A DNA stretch of 64,000 bases from Spirochaetia bacterium (lineage in GTDB: Bacteria > Spirochaetota > Spirochaetia > SZUA-6 > Bin103), in assembly GCA_965203055.1 (NCBI GenBank), contig OZ241863.1:1600001-1664000 (forward strand), in the 5' to 3' direction. Of this stretch, positions 40,388 to 49,157 are shown piece by piece (within the stretch, counting starts at the first letter, position 1; each line of letters begins with the position of its first letter). The notes under the pieces were generated by a model, which was not told the origin of the DNA, did no database searches, and saw nothing but the letters and a program-made list of their open reading frames with translations. Position numbers and translations under genes: made by a program.

Positions 40388-40417
40388 GCGGCGCCCCCGC
40401 AAACGCGGGGGCGCCGC
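40388..40417. terminator. Perfect GC hairpin between ssrA and the convergent SDR gene
   Basis: GCGGCGCCCCCGC-AAAC-GCGGGGGCGCCGC, 13-bp stem, no U-tract. Confidence 0.55.
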
Positions 40418-40487
40418 ACCGCGTACCGACCGTTCCGCACCATAACCCGTTCCATACCATGCCGCGTTGCGGCGCCGGCTGCCGGCG

Positions 40488-41276
40488 CTACGGCATCATC
40501 GAGCCGCCGCTGACGTGCAGCGCTTGGCCGGTGATGAAGCACGCGGCGTCGGACGCGAAGAACAGCACCGCCGCGGCGATGTCCTCCGGCGTCCCGGTCC
40601 GGTTCAGCGGCACCCGCCAGCCGAGCCAGAACTTGTCGTCGTGGGCCGGCGGCGGGGGCCACTCCTCGCCGCGTTCGTCGGCGGTCTGGCGGCTGGTGGC
40701 TCCCGGCACGATGGCGTTGGCGGTAAGGTAGGGGGCGCCTTCGTGGGCGATCCCCTTGGTCAGTGCGATCAGGCCCGCCTTCGAGGCGCCGTAGGTGGCG
40801 AAGGAAGCGCCGCCCTTGCCGGTGTAGGCAATGTTGGAGGAGATGGTCACCACGCGGCCGTACCGGCGCGCGATCATCGACGGCATGACGGCGCGCGCCA
40901 GGGCGAAGGTGGCGCGCAGGTTGACGTTGATCACCCGCTCCCACTCCTCGTCCGGCGTGTCGACGATGCGGTGCGGCTGCCCGATGCCGGCGTTGCTGAC
41001 CAGAATCTCGACCGGTCCGAAGGCCTCCTGCGAGCGCTCCACCAACGCCCGGCACTGGTCGATTTCGCCGACGTCGGCCTGAATAGCGCGCGCCTGCCCC
41101 CCCTGCTCGGCGATGCGGCGTACCGTATGCGCGGCCGCGGCCGCGTCGCGCGACCAGTTGACCACCACGCGCGCCCCTTCCCGCGCCAGCGCGTAGGCGA
41201 TACCGCGTCCGATACCGTGCCCGGCGCCGGTGACCAGCGCCACTCGACCCGCAATGCCCAGCGATCCCGTGCTCAT
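40488..41276 (-). CDS. Short-chain dehydrogenase/reductase (FabG-like)
   Basis: VALVTGAGHGIG, LVSNAGI, YGASK, ITGQALHVSGG. Start ATG 41276. Confidence 0.92.
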   Translation of the reverse strand: MSTGSLGIAGRVALVTGAGHGIGRGIAYALAREGARVVVNWSRDAAAAAHTVRRIAEQGGQARAIQADVGEIDQCRALVERSQEAFGPVEILVSNAGIGQPHRIVDTPDEEWERVINVNLRATFALARAVMPSMIARRYGRVVTISSNIAYTGKGGASFATYGASKAGLIALTKGIAHEGAPYLTANAIVPGATSRQTADERGEEWPPPPAHDDKFWLGWRVPLNRTGTPEDIAAAVLFFASDAACFITGQALHVSGGSMMP

Positions 41277-42502
41277 GCTCGATCTCCTTCGTCCGGCGGC
41301 GCCACGCCCAGTTGGCGCCAACGCTCGCTCAGGTCCACCACGCCGCCTTCCCGCCGCGCCTCCTCGATGGCCAGGGCGGTGACGCTGGCCACCAGTCCGG
41401 CGCGCCCGCCGGCCGGCAGCGGTCCATCCTCCAGCAGCGCCGCCAGGCAGGCGGCGAGATGCGGCTCGTCACCGCCGCCATGCTGGCTGGCGTTGCCCAC
41501 CTCGGTGCGTTCCCAGTGGCTGCCGCCGAAATCCCGCGTCCAGGTTACCGGGGCGAACTGGAACCGGCCCCAGTACAGGTCGCCCTCCATGCAGCCGGCG
41601 GCGCCGGCCAGGTACAACCGCCGGCTCGGCATGCCGCAGTTCTGGTTCGAGTGGAAGGTGGCGCGCACCCCGTTTTCATATTCGATGATCGCCACCTGGT
41701 GATCGACGATGTCCTTCTCCGAGTTGAAGCAGCACAGATCCAGCGCGCGCCCGCGGTTCAACTCCAGCGCCGCGCGCGTGGCCGGCTTCGGCGGCGGCTC
41801 CTCCAGGTGCAGGCGATGGGCGCAATCCAGGCCGCAATCGCGGCAGTAGCGCGGCGCCTCGGGGCGCGGCGTGAACACCGAACGGCCGCCGAACGACGCG
41901 ACGCGGCGCGGCAGCGCGCCGGCGAACCAGGTGAGGATGTCCAGGTCGTGGCAGCACTTCTCCAGAAGATAGCCGCCGGTGAACCGGTCGAACCGGCGCC
42001 AGTCACGGTGGAAGAACGCCCCCTGCGCGGCGCCCAGATTCTCGTTCGCCTCCATGCTCACCAGGCGCCCCAGGTCGCCGCGGTCGAGGCGGCGCTTCAT
42101 CTCCCGGTAGAACGGCGCGTAGCGCAGCACGAAGCCGATGAGCAGATGGCGCTCGGCGGCCCGCGCCGCCTCCCAGATCGCCTGGCAGTCGGCCACCGTG
42201 GTGGCCATCGGCTTTTCGCAGAACACGTGCTTGCCATGCTCGAACGCGGCCACCGCCGGCGCCCGATGGAGGTGGTCGGGCGAGCACACCAGCACCAGCT
42301 CCACGTCGTCACGCCGCACCACCTCATGGTAATCGGCCGCAACGCGGGCGCGCGGCGCCAACTCAGCCCGCACCCGCTCGGCGCTGCCCGGAGCGGGATC
42401 GTACAGCGCCGTTATCCGCGTCCGGCCGAGCGCCTGCAACTGCTCCAGGAGGCGCCGGCCGCGCGCTCCGCAGCCCACCACGCCGACCCCCAGCGCCCTC
42501 AC
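41273..42502 (-). CDS. Gfo/Idh/MocA family oxidoreductase (start GTG 42502, alternatively ATG 42598)
   Basis: VGVVGCGARG, HVFCEKPMA, GFVLRY, LEKCCHDLD, HGGGD. Confidence 0.9.
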   Translation of the reverse strand: MRALGVGVVGCGARGRRLLEQLQALGRTRITALYDPAPGSAERVRAELAPRARVAADYHEVVRRDDVELVLVCSPDHLHRAPAVAAFEHGKHVFCEKPMATTVADCQAIWEAARAAERHLLIGFVLRYAPFYREMKRRLDRGDLGRLVSMEANENLGAAQGAFFHRDWRRFDRFTGGYLLEKCCHDLDILTWFAGALPRRVASFGGRSVFTPRPEAPRYCRDCGLDCAHRLHLEEPPPKPATRAALELNRGRALDLCCFNSEKDIVDHQVAIIEYENGVRATFHSNQNCGMPSRRLYLAGAAGCMEGDLYWGRFQFAPVTWTRDFGGSHWERTEVGNASQHGGGDEPHLAACLAALLEDGPLPAGGRAGLVASVTALAIEEARREGGVVDLSERWRQLGVAPPDEGDRA

Positions 42503-42758
42503 CGCGCGCCCCCGCCGGCGCGCCCCTGCTGCCGGGGCCGGCGCGGCGCGCCCGCCATCGCCGCGGCCCTGCCCGGCCGCTCCGCCGGCGCGCGGCATCC
42601 CGCTGGTGGCGCTTTGCTCACGGCGGCTATTGTAGCCGGCCCGGCGCCGGACGGCCATCTAGCCGCCGCAACGCAACGGAGCGAGCGGCAACGCGGCCCG
42701 TTGCGGCGTGCGTGACCGCCATCTCGCCGCGCGCGGCCCGATCATATAGACTGGCATC

Positions 42759-43121
42759 ATGATCGGCGAGTTGCACAAGGCGGCAGTGGTGACGGAAAGC
42801 GTCGCGGCCGCCGAGCGGTTCTATACCGAAGTGCTCGGCCTCGAGGTGAGTGAGCGGATTCCGAGCGGCAGCGGCGAGGACTACGTAATGCTGCGGGCCG
42901 GGCGCACCCTGCTGGAATTGATGCCGCAAGCGGCAATGGGAACGGCGCCGGGGTTCCATCACCTGTCATTCAGGGTGGCGGACGTGGATGCCGCGGCCGC
43001 CTCCCTCACGGCGCAGGGCGTAGCCATGGAGAAGGAGCCGTTCGACGCGGAAGCGGGACTGCGGCTGGCGTTCTTCCGCGGGCCCGACGGCGTCCTGCTG
43101 CAACTCTTTCAACGCGGTTGA
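42759..43121 (+). CDS. VOC/glyoxalase family protein
   Basis: AERFYTEVLGL, FHHLSFRVADVD, FFRGPDGVLLQL. Confidence 0.88.
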   Translation: MIGELHKAAVVTESVAAAERFYTEVLGLEVSERIPSGSGEDYVMLRAGRTLLELMPQAAMGTAPGFHHLSFRVADVDAAAASLTAQGVAMEKEPFDAEAGLRLAFFRGPDGVLLQLFQRG

Positions 43122-43167
43122 TGCGCCGCGGTCAGACGACGTCCCGCGCACAGGAGGACTACCCGGC

Positions 43168-43938
43168 ATGGCACAGTTGACCATTACCTTTCTCGGCCAC
43201 GCGTCGTTTCGCTTCGAGTCGGAACAGGGCAGCGTGAGCTACTTCGACCCGTGGCTCGACGACAATCCCACCGCCAAGTTGACCCGCGCCGAAGTGGACC
43301 GCGCGGACCTCGTGCTCTGCACCCATGGTCACGTCGATCACCTCGGCGACTGCTTCGAGCTCTGCCGGCGCACCGAGGCCGCCTTCGTCGGGCACTACGA
43401 GCTGTGCGACGCGGCGGCGCGGGCCGGGGTGCCGGGCGCGGCGCTGCGGCCCCTCAATCCCGGCGGCTCAGTGGCCGTCAAGGACGTGGCGATCACCATG
43501 ACCCAGGCGCACCACTCCCATTCGCTGTCGGACCACGTGCTGCCGCATCCGCTGCCGGAGGGGGTGATCTACCACGCCGGCGGCGCCGCGGCCGGCTTCG
43601 TCATGAGCTACGACAATGGGGTCACGGTATACAACTCCGGCGACACCTGCCTGTTCGGCGACATGCAGCTCATCAGTCAGATGTACGGGCCGCAGGTAGC
43701 GATTCTCCCGGTGGGCGGCAAGTTCACGATGGGGGTACGCGAAGGGGCGCGCGCCGCCAGCCTGATACGCGCCGACCTGGTGATTCCCTGCCACTACGGG
43801 GAAGCGCTCGGGCAGCCGGCCGACATTGCGGAGCTTTCCCGCCAAGTGGAGTTCCTCAGTCCCGGGACCGCAGTGGTACCGCTGGAGACGGGCCAGTCGG
43901 TGGTCTACACCGCCAGTTCCTACGAAGTGCGCGGGTGA
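43168..43938 (+). CDS. Metallo-beta-lactamase-fold hydrolase (UPF0173/UlaG-like)
   Basis: ITFLGHASF, THGHVDHLGD, YNSGDT, LPVGGKFTMG, IPCHYG. AGGAGG RBS. Confidence 0.9.
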   Translation: MAQLTITFLGHASFRFESEQGSVSYFDPWLDDNPTAKLTRAEVDRADLVLCTHGHVDHLGDCFELCRRTEAAFVGHYELCDAAARAGVPGAALRPLNPGGSVAVKDVAITMTQAHHSHSLSDHVLPHPLPEGVIYHAGGAAAGFVMSYDNGVTVYNSGDTCLFGDMQLISQMYGPQVAILPVGGKFTMGVREGARAASLIRADLVIPCHYGEALGQPADIAELSRQVEFLSPGTAVVPLETGQSVVYTASSYEVRG

Positions 43939-44666
43939 CTCGCCTGCCGCCGGTGTCGGGTCCGCGGCGGCGGCGGCGACGATGCCGGCGGCAGCTCCGG
44001 CGCGCCGCGGCCGCCGCGGCGCTGCTGCTGCCTGCCGCGGCAGGGGCGGACGACGGCGAGCGCTTTTCGTTTACCGCCGACCGCATGGAGACGGTACTGG
44101 CCGAGGGCCGGGAGCGCACGCTGCTGACCGGCAACGTCACGCTGGTCGCGGATGACTTCGAGATCACCGCCGAGCGGATCGAACTGTACGGCGACGAGCT
44201 GAACTTCGCTCTCTCCGAGGGCGGCGTGCGGGTGGTCCAGACCGAGGCCGGCGTGGAGCTGGTCAGCGACGAGCTGCTGTTCGACCGGCGCAACCGCGTG
44301 GTGCGGATCGAGGGTGAGGCGTTGTTGATCGACCATGAGAACGAAATGGTGATCAAGGGCGGGTTTCTGGAGCACTGGGAGCGGCGCGACGAAACGCTGA
44401 TTCAGATCGGCGTACGGATCCTCAGCGATGATCTGGTGGCGCGCGCCCAGTTCGTGCGCTACGACCGGGAGGACCGGACGGTGACCCTGAGCGGGCTGCC
44501 GGTAGCTGCCTGGAAGGGTGACGAGTACCGGGCCGCGCGCATCTTCATCGACCTCGACGACGACCGGGTGGTGCTCGACGGAGCGGTAAGCGGGGAGCTC
44601 AGCACCGCCGCGGAGGAGGAGCCGGCGGCCGGGGCCGCGGCGGACGCCGGCGAGGCGGCCCCATGA
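43935..44666 (+). CDS. lptA: LptA/OstA-like periplasmic beta-jellyroll protein
   Basis: Signal peptide, FSFTADRM, TLLTGNV, ITAERIELYG; directly upstream of lptB. GTG 43935 overlaps the upstream stop. Confidence 0.75.
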   Translation: MTRLPPVSGPRRRRRRCRRQLRRAAAAAALLLPAAAGADDGERFSFTADRMETVLAEGRERTLLTGNVTLVADDFEITAERIELYGDELNFALSEGGVRVVQTEAGVELVSDELLFDRRNRVVRIEGEALLIDHENEMVIKGGFLEHWERRDETLIQIGVRILSDDLVARAQFVRYDREDRTVTLSGLPVAAWKGDEYRAARIFIDLDDDRVVLDGAVSGELSTAAEEEPAAGAAADAGEAAP

Positions 44667-45460
44667 GCGACCCGCAACGGCCGGCGGCCGCGACGGCGGG
44701 CGCCGCAGCGAACGGGGCGGCCGCGGGCGGAGCGTTGCCGACCTTGCGGGCGGAGGGGCTGAACAAGCGGTACGGGCGCAAGTACGCCGCCCGGGACGTG
44801 AACTTCAGCATGCATACCGGTGAAATCGTCGGGCTGCTCGGTCCGAACGGCGCCGGCAAGACCACCGTGTTCTACCTGATCGTGGGCTTCATCCGCCCTA
44901 CTTCGGGACGCATCTACCTGGATGGCTATGACATCACCCGCCTGCCGATGTTTCGCCGCGCCCGGCGCGGCATCTCCTACCTGCCGCAGGAGGCGTCGAT
45001 ATTCCGCAAGCTCACCGTCGAACAGAACGTGCTGGCGGTGCTGGAGACGCAACGCGGACTGGCGCGCCGCGCCCGGCGCCGGCGCTGCGACGAGCTGCTC
45101 GAAGAACTGGGCATGAGCGAACTGCGCCGCCAGCCCGGCTATACCCTCTCCGGCGGCGAGCGGCGCCGCACCGAGATCGCGCGCGCCCTGGCCGCGCAGC
45201 CCAAGTTCCTGCTGCTGGACGAGCCCTTCGCCGGCGTCGACCCGATTGCGGTGCACGAGATCAAGAGCATCGTCAAGCGTCTGGCCGAAGCCGGCATCGG
45301 CGTCCTGATCACCGATCACAACGTGCGCGACACGCTGGAGATCACCCACCGCAGCTACATAATCCGCCTCGGCGAGATCATGGTCAGCGGCACCCTGAGC
45401 GAGTTGATGGGCAACCGGTTGGCGCGCGAATTCTACCTCGGCCCCGACTTCCGCATGTAG
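44663..45460 (+). CDS. lptB: LPS export ABC transporter ATP-binding protein
   Basis: GPNGAGKTT, YLPQEASIFRKL, LSGGERRRTEIARAL, DEPFAGVDP, TDHNVRDTL, YLG. Confidence 0.96.
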   Translation: MSDPQRPAAATAGAAANGAAAGGALPTLRAEGLNKRYGRKYAARDVNFSMHTGEIVGLLGPNGAGKTTVFYLIVGFIRPTSGRIYLDGYDITRLPMFRRARRGISYLPQEASIFRKLTVEQNVLAVLETQRGLARRARRRRCDELLEELGMSELRRQPGYTLSGGERRRTEIARALAAQPKFLLLDEPFAGVDPIAVHEIKSIVKRLAEAGIGVLITDHNVRDTLEITHRSYIIRLGEIMVSGTLSELMGNRLAREFYLGPDFRM

Positions 45461-45524
45461 CCACGAGTAGCCAGGCGCCGCTGCGCCCAAGACATTGTAG
45501 AATATCCTCTCGGTGAAGGTTGAT

Positions 45525-46712
45525 ATGCAACAATCAATTCCGCGGGCGGCATTGCTCGCGGCCACCGCCGGCGGTCTCTCCGAGGCGCCGGCGGTGGCGC
45601 TGTTGGGGGCGCGGCAGGTGGGCAAGACCACCCTCGCCGAGCAGGCGGCGGCCGCCTGGACCGGGCCGGTGACGCTCTACGACCTGGAAGTGACTGCCAT
45701 GCGGGAGGCGCTGTCGGCAACTCCCGAACGGCTGCTGCGCGGCGCCGAGGGGCTGGTAATCATCGACGAGGTACAGCGGCTGCCGGCGTTGTTCGAGGTG
45801 TTGCGCCCGGTCTGCGACTCCCGGGACCGGAATGCCGTGTTCCTGCTGCTCGGCAGCGCTTCCTGGGATCTGATCAAAGGCGTTTCCGAATCCCTGGCGG
45901 GCCGCATCCTCTTCGTCGACGTTGGCGGCTTCTCGCTGGCCGAAGTGGGCGCGGAGCACCAGGACCGGCTCTGGATGCGCGGCGGGTTTCCGCGCGCCTG
46001 GCTGGCGCCGTCGGCCGCGGCCTGGACGCGCTGGATGCAGTCGTTCACGCGCACCTTCCTGGAGCGCGACATTCCCGGGCTGGGGTCGAAGGTGTCTCCG
46101 AACGCACTGGGCCGCTTCTGGCGGATGTTGGCGCACTACCATGGACAGACCTGGAACGCCGCGGAGCTGGCGCGCTCGATGGACGTGCGCGCCGCGGCGG
46201 TGAATCACTACCGGGACCTGCTGGCCGGCACCTACATGATCCGGGTACTGCCGCCCTGGTTCGAGAACCTGGGCAAGCGGCTGGTCAAGTCGCCCAAGGT
46301 GTTCCTCCGCGACAGCGGCATCCTGCACTTTCTGCTGGGGCTGGAAGAGGCGCAGGAACTGCCGCTGCATCCGCGCTACGGCGCCAGTTGGGAGGGATTC
46401 GCCCTGGAGCAGACGCTCCGCGCCCACGGCGAGCGCGACGCATGGTTCTACGCCACCCAGCGCGGCGCCGAGCTGGACCTGCTGTTGCTGCGCCGCGGCC
46501 GCCGCTGGGGCTTCGAGTTCAAGTGTACCGACGCCCCGCGCACGACCAAGTCGATGCGCACCGTGATCGACGACCTCGGTCTGACGCATCTGTGGGTGCT
46601 CTACCCCGGAGACCAGGAATACCCGCTCAGCGATACCATCACCGCCCTGCCGCTGCGAAAGATCCACGACCTCGAACTGCACCCCGGCGCCGCCCGGCTA
46701 CCGGCGCGTTGA
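45525..46712 (+). CDS. AAA_14 ATPase with DUF4143 and C-terminal PD-(D/E)xK-like motif
   Basis: GARQVGKTT, IIDEVQRLP, SESLAGRI, KSPKVFLRDSG, ELDLL..FEFK. ATG 45525 after TAGAAT -10 and GAAGGT RBS. Confidence 0.88.
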   Translation: MQQSIPRAALLAATAGGLSEAPAVALLGARQVGKTTLAEQAAAAWTGPVTLYDLEVTAMREALSATPERLLRGAEGLVIIDEVQRLPALFEVLRPVCDSRDRNAVFLLLGSASWDLIKGVSESLAGRILFVDVGGFSLAEVGAEHQDRLWMRGGFPRAWLAPSAAAWTRWMQSFTRTFLERDIPGLGSKVSPNALGRFWRMLAHYHGQTWNAAELARSMDVRAAAVNHYRDLLAGTYMIRVLPPWFENLGKRLVKSPKVFLRDSGILHFLLGLEEAQELPLHPRYGASWEGFALEQTLRAHGERDAWFYATQRGAELDLLLLRRGRRWGFEFKCTDAPRTTKSMRTVIDDLGLTHLWVLYPGDQEYPLSDTITALPLRKIHDLELHPGAARLPAR

Positions 46713-46795
46713 ACCATCCCGCCGATGCCTGCCGCACTTCCGATTGTTGGTACCGATCCCGTCCTCGAAGCCGCCGGAAGGCGTCCTACGAGTAC

Positions 46796-46873
46796 CGTGC
46801 CGTGCTCGACGCCTGCGGCTGGAGCGACATTGCCACCGCCCGCGACCTCCTCCTCGACTACGAGATCGACGAG
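46796..46873 (+). pseudogene. Remnant of the C-terminus of a large type IIG/IIL-like DNA methyltransferase
   Basis: RAVLDACGWSDIATARDLLLDYEIDE resembles the DRAVLDAYGWxDI..FLLDYEIDE tail I recall from fused RM / DISARM-associated methylases. No intact ORF around it. Confidence 0.55.
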
Positions 46874-46975
46874 GCCCCTCGGCAGATCGCACCCTTTCGA
46901 CCCCGGCGACATTCTCGGCAGTAGCTTCTGACGGAATGTTCAGCCGCTTGCAAATGCGCCGCCGAGTTACGCCGC

Positions 46976-47893
46976 TTGCGGTTTCTTGTCGGGTGCGGCG
47001 CTGCCGCTCAGACGCAGGAGGGCTCGGCGCCGCCGCGGTCGGCGGAGCGAAAGCCGGCGCCGGAGCCGGTGCTGGACTCGGAGGCGCGGCGGGAGCTGGT
47101 GGAGCAGGCGGCCGGCAAGAGCAGCCGGGAGGTGATGCAGTTGCTGGCCGAGGTGGACCCGGAGCTGGCGGCGCCGGCGGATCGGGTACGGCCTCTGGGC
47201 GGCGGGCGCTGGGAGCTCAAGGCGGTGATCGACGATGAGTGCCGGCGCGGCTTGGAGCGGCTCAAGGGCCTCCTGTCCCACGTCGACCCGCACCTGACGA
47301 TGGGGCAGCTCATGGGGCGGCTGGTGCGGGAAGGGCTCGACCGCCACGACCCGGCCCCGCCGCCGCGCGGGCGGCGCACCGCGCCGGCCAAAGGCGCCGA
47401 GCAAACTTCGGCGGCGAAGACGCAGGCAGCCTCGGCGGCGAAGCAGGAGGCCGGCGCGGACAGCGCCGCTCCTTCGGCGGCGAAGGTATCGGCTCAGGCG
47501 CCGGCGCAGCCGGGAGACGAAGCCGCTGACCACCCGGACACTTCGGCAGCGAAGCCGGCGGGCGACACCACTTCGGCGGCGAAGACGCGGCGCCTCGACC
47601 GGCCGGCTGCGGCAGCGAAGAAGGGCGTGACCGGCCGCGCAATCCCGGCGGCGGTCAAGCGCGAGGTGTGGCGGCGCGACCGGGGCCGCTGCTGCTACGT
47701 GGACCGCGCCAGCGGGCGCCGTTGCGGCTCGCAACACCTGCTGCAGATCGATCACGTCGTGCCGTATGCCCGCGGCGGCGCCGCCGAGCCGAACAATCTC
47801 CGGCTGCTGTGCGCTGCCCATCACCGCTACCGCCACGCCGGCGCCGGATTCGGGCGCCCCGGCGAGGATCGTCAGGCGGCGGTAGACCGGTGA
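46976..47893 (+). CDS. HNH endonuclease signature protein, probably 5'-truncated
   Basis: IPAAVKREVWRRDRGRCCY..RC..IDHVVP..GG..NNLRLLCAAHH. No convincing start or RBS. TSAAK-repeat linker. Confidence 0.75.
   Translation: MRFLVGCGAAAQTQEGSAPPRSAERKPAPEPVLDSEARRELVEQAAGKSSREVMQLLAEVDPELAAPADRVRPLGGGRWELKAVIDDECRRGLERLKGLLSHVDPHLTMGQLMGRLVREGLDRHDPAPPPRGRRTAPAKGAEQTSAAKTQAASAAKQEAGADSAAPSAAKVSAQAPAQPGDEAADHPDTSAAKPAGDTTSAAKTRRLDRPAAAAKKGVTGRAIPAAVKREVWRRDRGRCCYVDRASGRRCGSQHLLQIDHVVPYARGGAAEPNNLRLLCAAHHRYRHAGAGFGRPGEDRQAAVDR
47405..47584 (+). repeat. Five dispersed copies of a 15-bp self-complementary motif (xCTTCGGCGGCGAAG) within the HNH gene
   Basis: Copies at 47405, 47429, 47471, 47540 and 47570; all in frame, encoding (T/A/P)SAAK. 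Confidence 0.75.
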
Positions 47894-48186
47894 TCACGAT
47901 CGCCGAGAAACGTAATCTTACTCTGGGACTGGGACTTGGCCGTCAAGCGGCCTGACGCTTACTACATTTGGAAATGCGCCCGGGCGACTTGCGGCGTTGG
48001 CTTGAGGTAGCATGCAATTCATACTGGTCTGCAGTATGGTAGCGACGTATGCAGACGGACAATGACACCCGCGTAGCCCGGACCTCAATCTTGACGCCGC
48101 AGGAAACACGGGCGCACACACTGGATCGTAGATCATCGGTTCAGATCTGTCGCCGACAAAGGTCTACTGAACTTCTGAATAAATCA

Positions 48187-49143
48187 ATGAATGAAAACTA
48201 TCTGGACCGGATCACGATAGGGGATTGCAGGGATCATCTTCCCCTGTTGCAGGATGACAGCGTCGAGCTCTTTCTTTCCGATATTCCGTACGGAATCAGC
48301 CTCGACGATTGGGATGTCCTTCACAACAACACGAATGCCGCGCTGCTCGGACGCTCTCCGGCCCAGGTCGGGAAATCCGGATTCAAGCGGAGAGGGAAGC
48401 CGATCAACGGTTGGTCACGGGCGGACAGGCACATCGGGAGGGAATACGAGGAATGGTGCGGTACGTGGGCGGAGATGATCCTGCCCAAGCTGAAAAGTGG
48501 TGCATCTCTGTTCGTGTTCGGTGCGCGCCGCACGGTGCACCGTATAGTCAATGCCTTTGAAGACTGCGGATTCCTCCTCAAGGATATTCTCGCATGGAAG
48601 AAGGAGTCGGCGCACCATCGCGCGCAGAGATTGAGTATCGTCTTCGAACGCCGCGGGCAGAATGAAATCGCAGCGGCGTGGAGAGGATGGCGAGTCGGAA
48701 ACCTCGCTCCTCTGTATGAGCCGGTTGCATGGTTTATGAAGCCGTACCGAATCGGGGGCACGATCGCTGACAATGTCATTGAAAATGCGGTCGGGGCGAT
48801 GAATTTCGATGCATGTCAAGTCCGCGGCGCCAACCCGACCAACGTGCTGGAGTTCGGATTTCGAAAAGACGAGTGGAAAATACATGAAGCGCAGAAGCCG
48901 CTGCGTCTCATGGAGTTTCTTATCCGACTTACGACCCGGGAGAACCAAACGATTCTCGATCCCTTCATGGGCAGCGGAACGACGGCAGTCGCTGCGCGGC
49001 GTCTGAAGCGGCACTTCATCGGCTTCGAAATGGATCCGAAGTATCATGCTGCGGCAGCGCAGCGGCTCGAGATGGAACTCGGACGCCCGAACGGAGCAGA
49101 AACCCCTCAGTTGCGTCTCGCACTGGCGGAGAATGGAAGCTGA
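48187..49143 (+). CDS. Site-specific DNA adenine methyltransferase, beta class, M.HindIII-like
   Basis: SDIPYG (motif IV) precedes LDPFMGSGTT (motif I). DDWDVLHNNTN, FKRRGKPINGWS, HRAQRLS and GWRVGNL match my recollection of M.HindIII. Lower GC. ATG 48187. Confidence 0.88.
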   Translation: MNENYLDRITIGDCRDHLPLLQDDSVELFLSDIPYGISLDDWDVLHNNTNAALLGRSPAQVGKSGFKRRGKPINGWSRADRHIGREYEEWCGTWAEMILPKLKSGASLFVFGARRTVHRIVNAFEDCGFLLKDILAWKKESAHHRAQRLSIVFERRGQNEIAAAWRGWRVGNLAPLYEPVAWFMKPYRIGGTIADNVIENAVGAMNFDACQVRGANPTNVLEFGFRKDEWKIHEAQKPLRLMEFLIRLTTRENQTILDPFMGSGTTAVAARRLKRHFIGFEMDPKYHAAAAQRLEMELGRPNGAETPQLRLALAENGS

Positions 49144-49157
49144 AGTGAGCAAGCGTC

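Noticed and set aside
42660..42710. GCAACG repeats and inverted CGTTGC between divergent genes
   Set aside because: Short and GC-rich. They may be -35 elements or chance, with not enough support for an operator.
47405..47584. Palindromic repeats with unique spacers as a possible CRISPR array
   Set aside because: Repeats are only 15 bp, spacing is irregular (9-54 bp), all are in frame within a CDS, and there are no cas genes.
48020..48038. Palindrome as a LexA SOS box
   Set aside because: CTG-N5-CAG spacing does not match the CTG-N10-CAG box. Kept only as a generic operator candidate.
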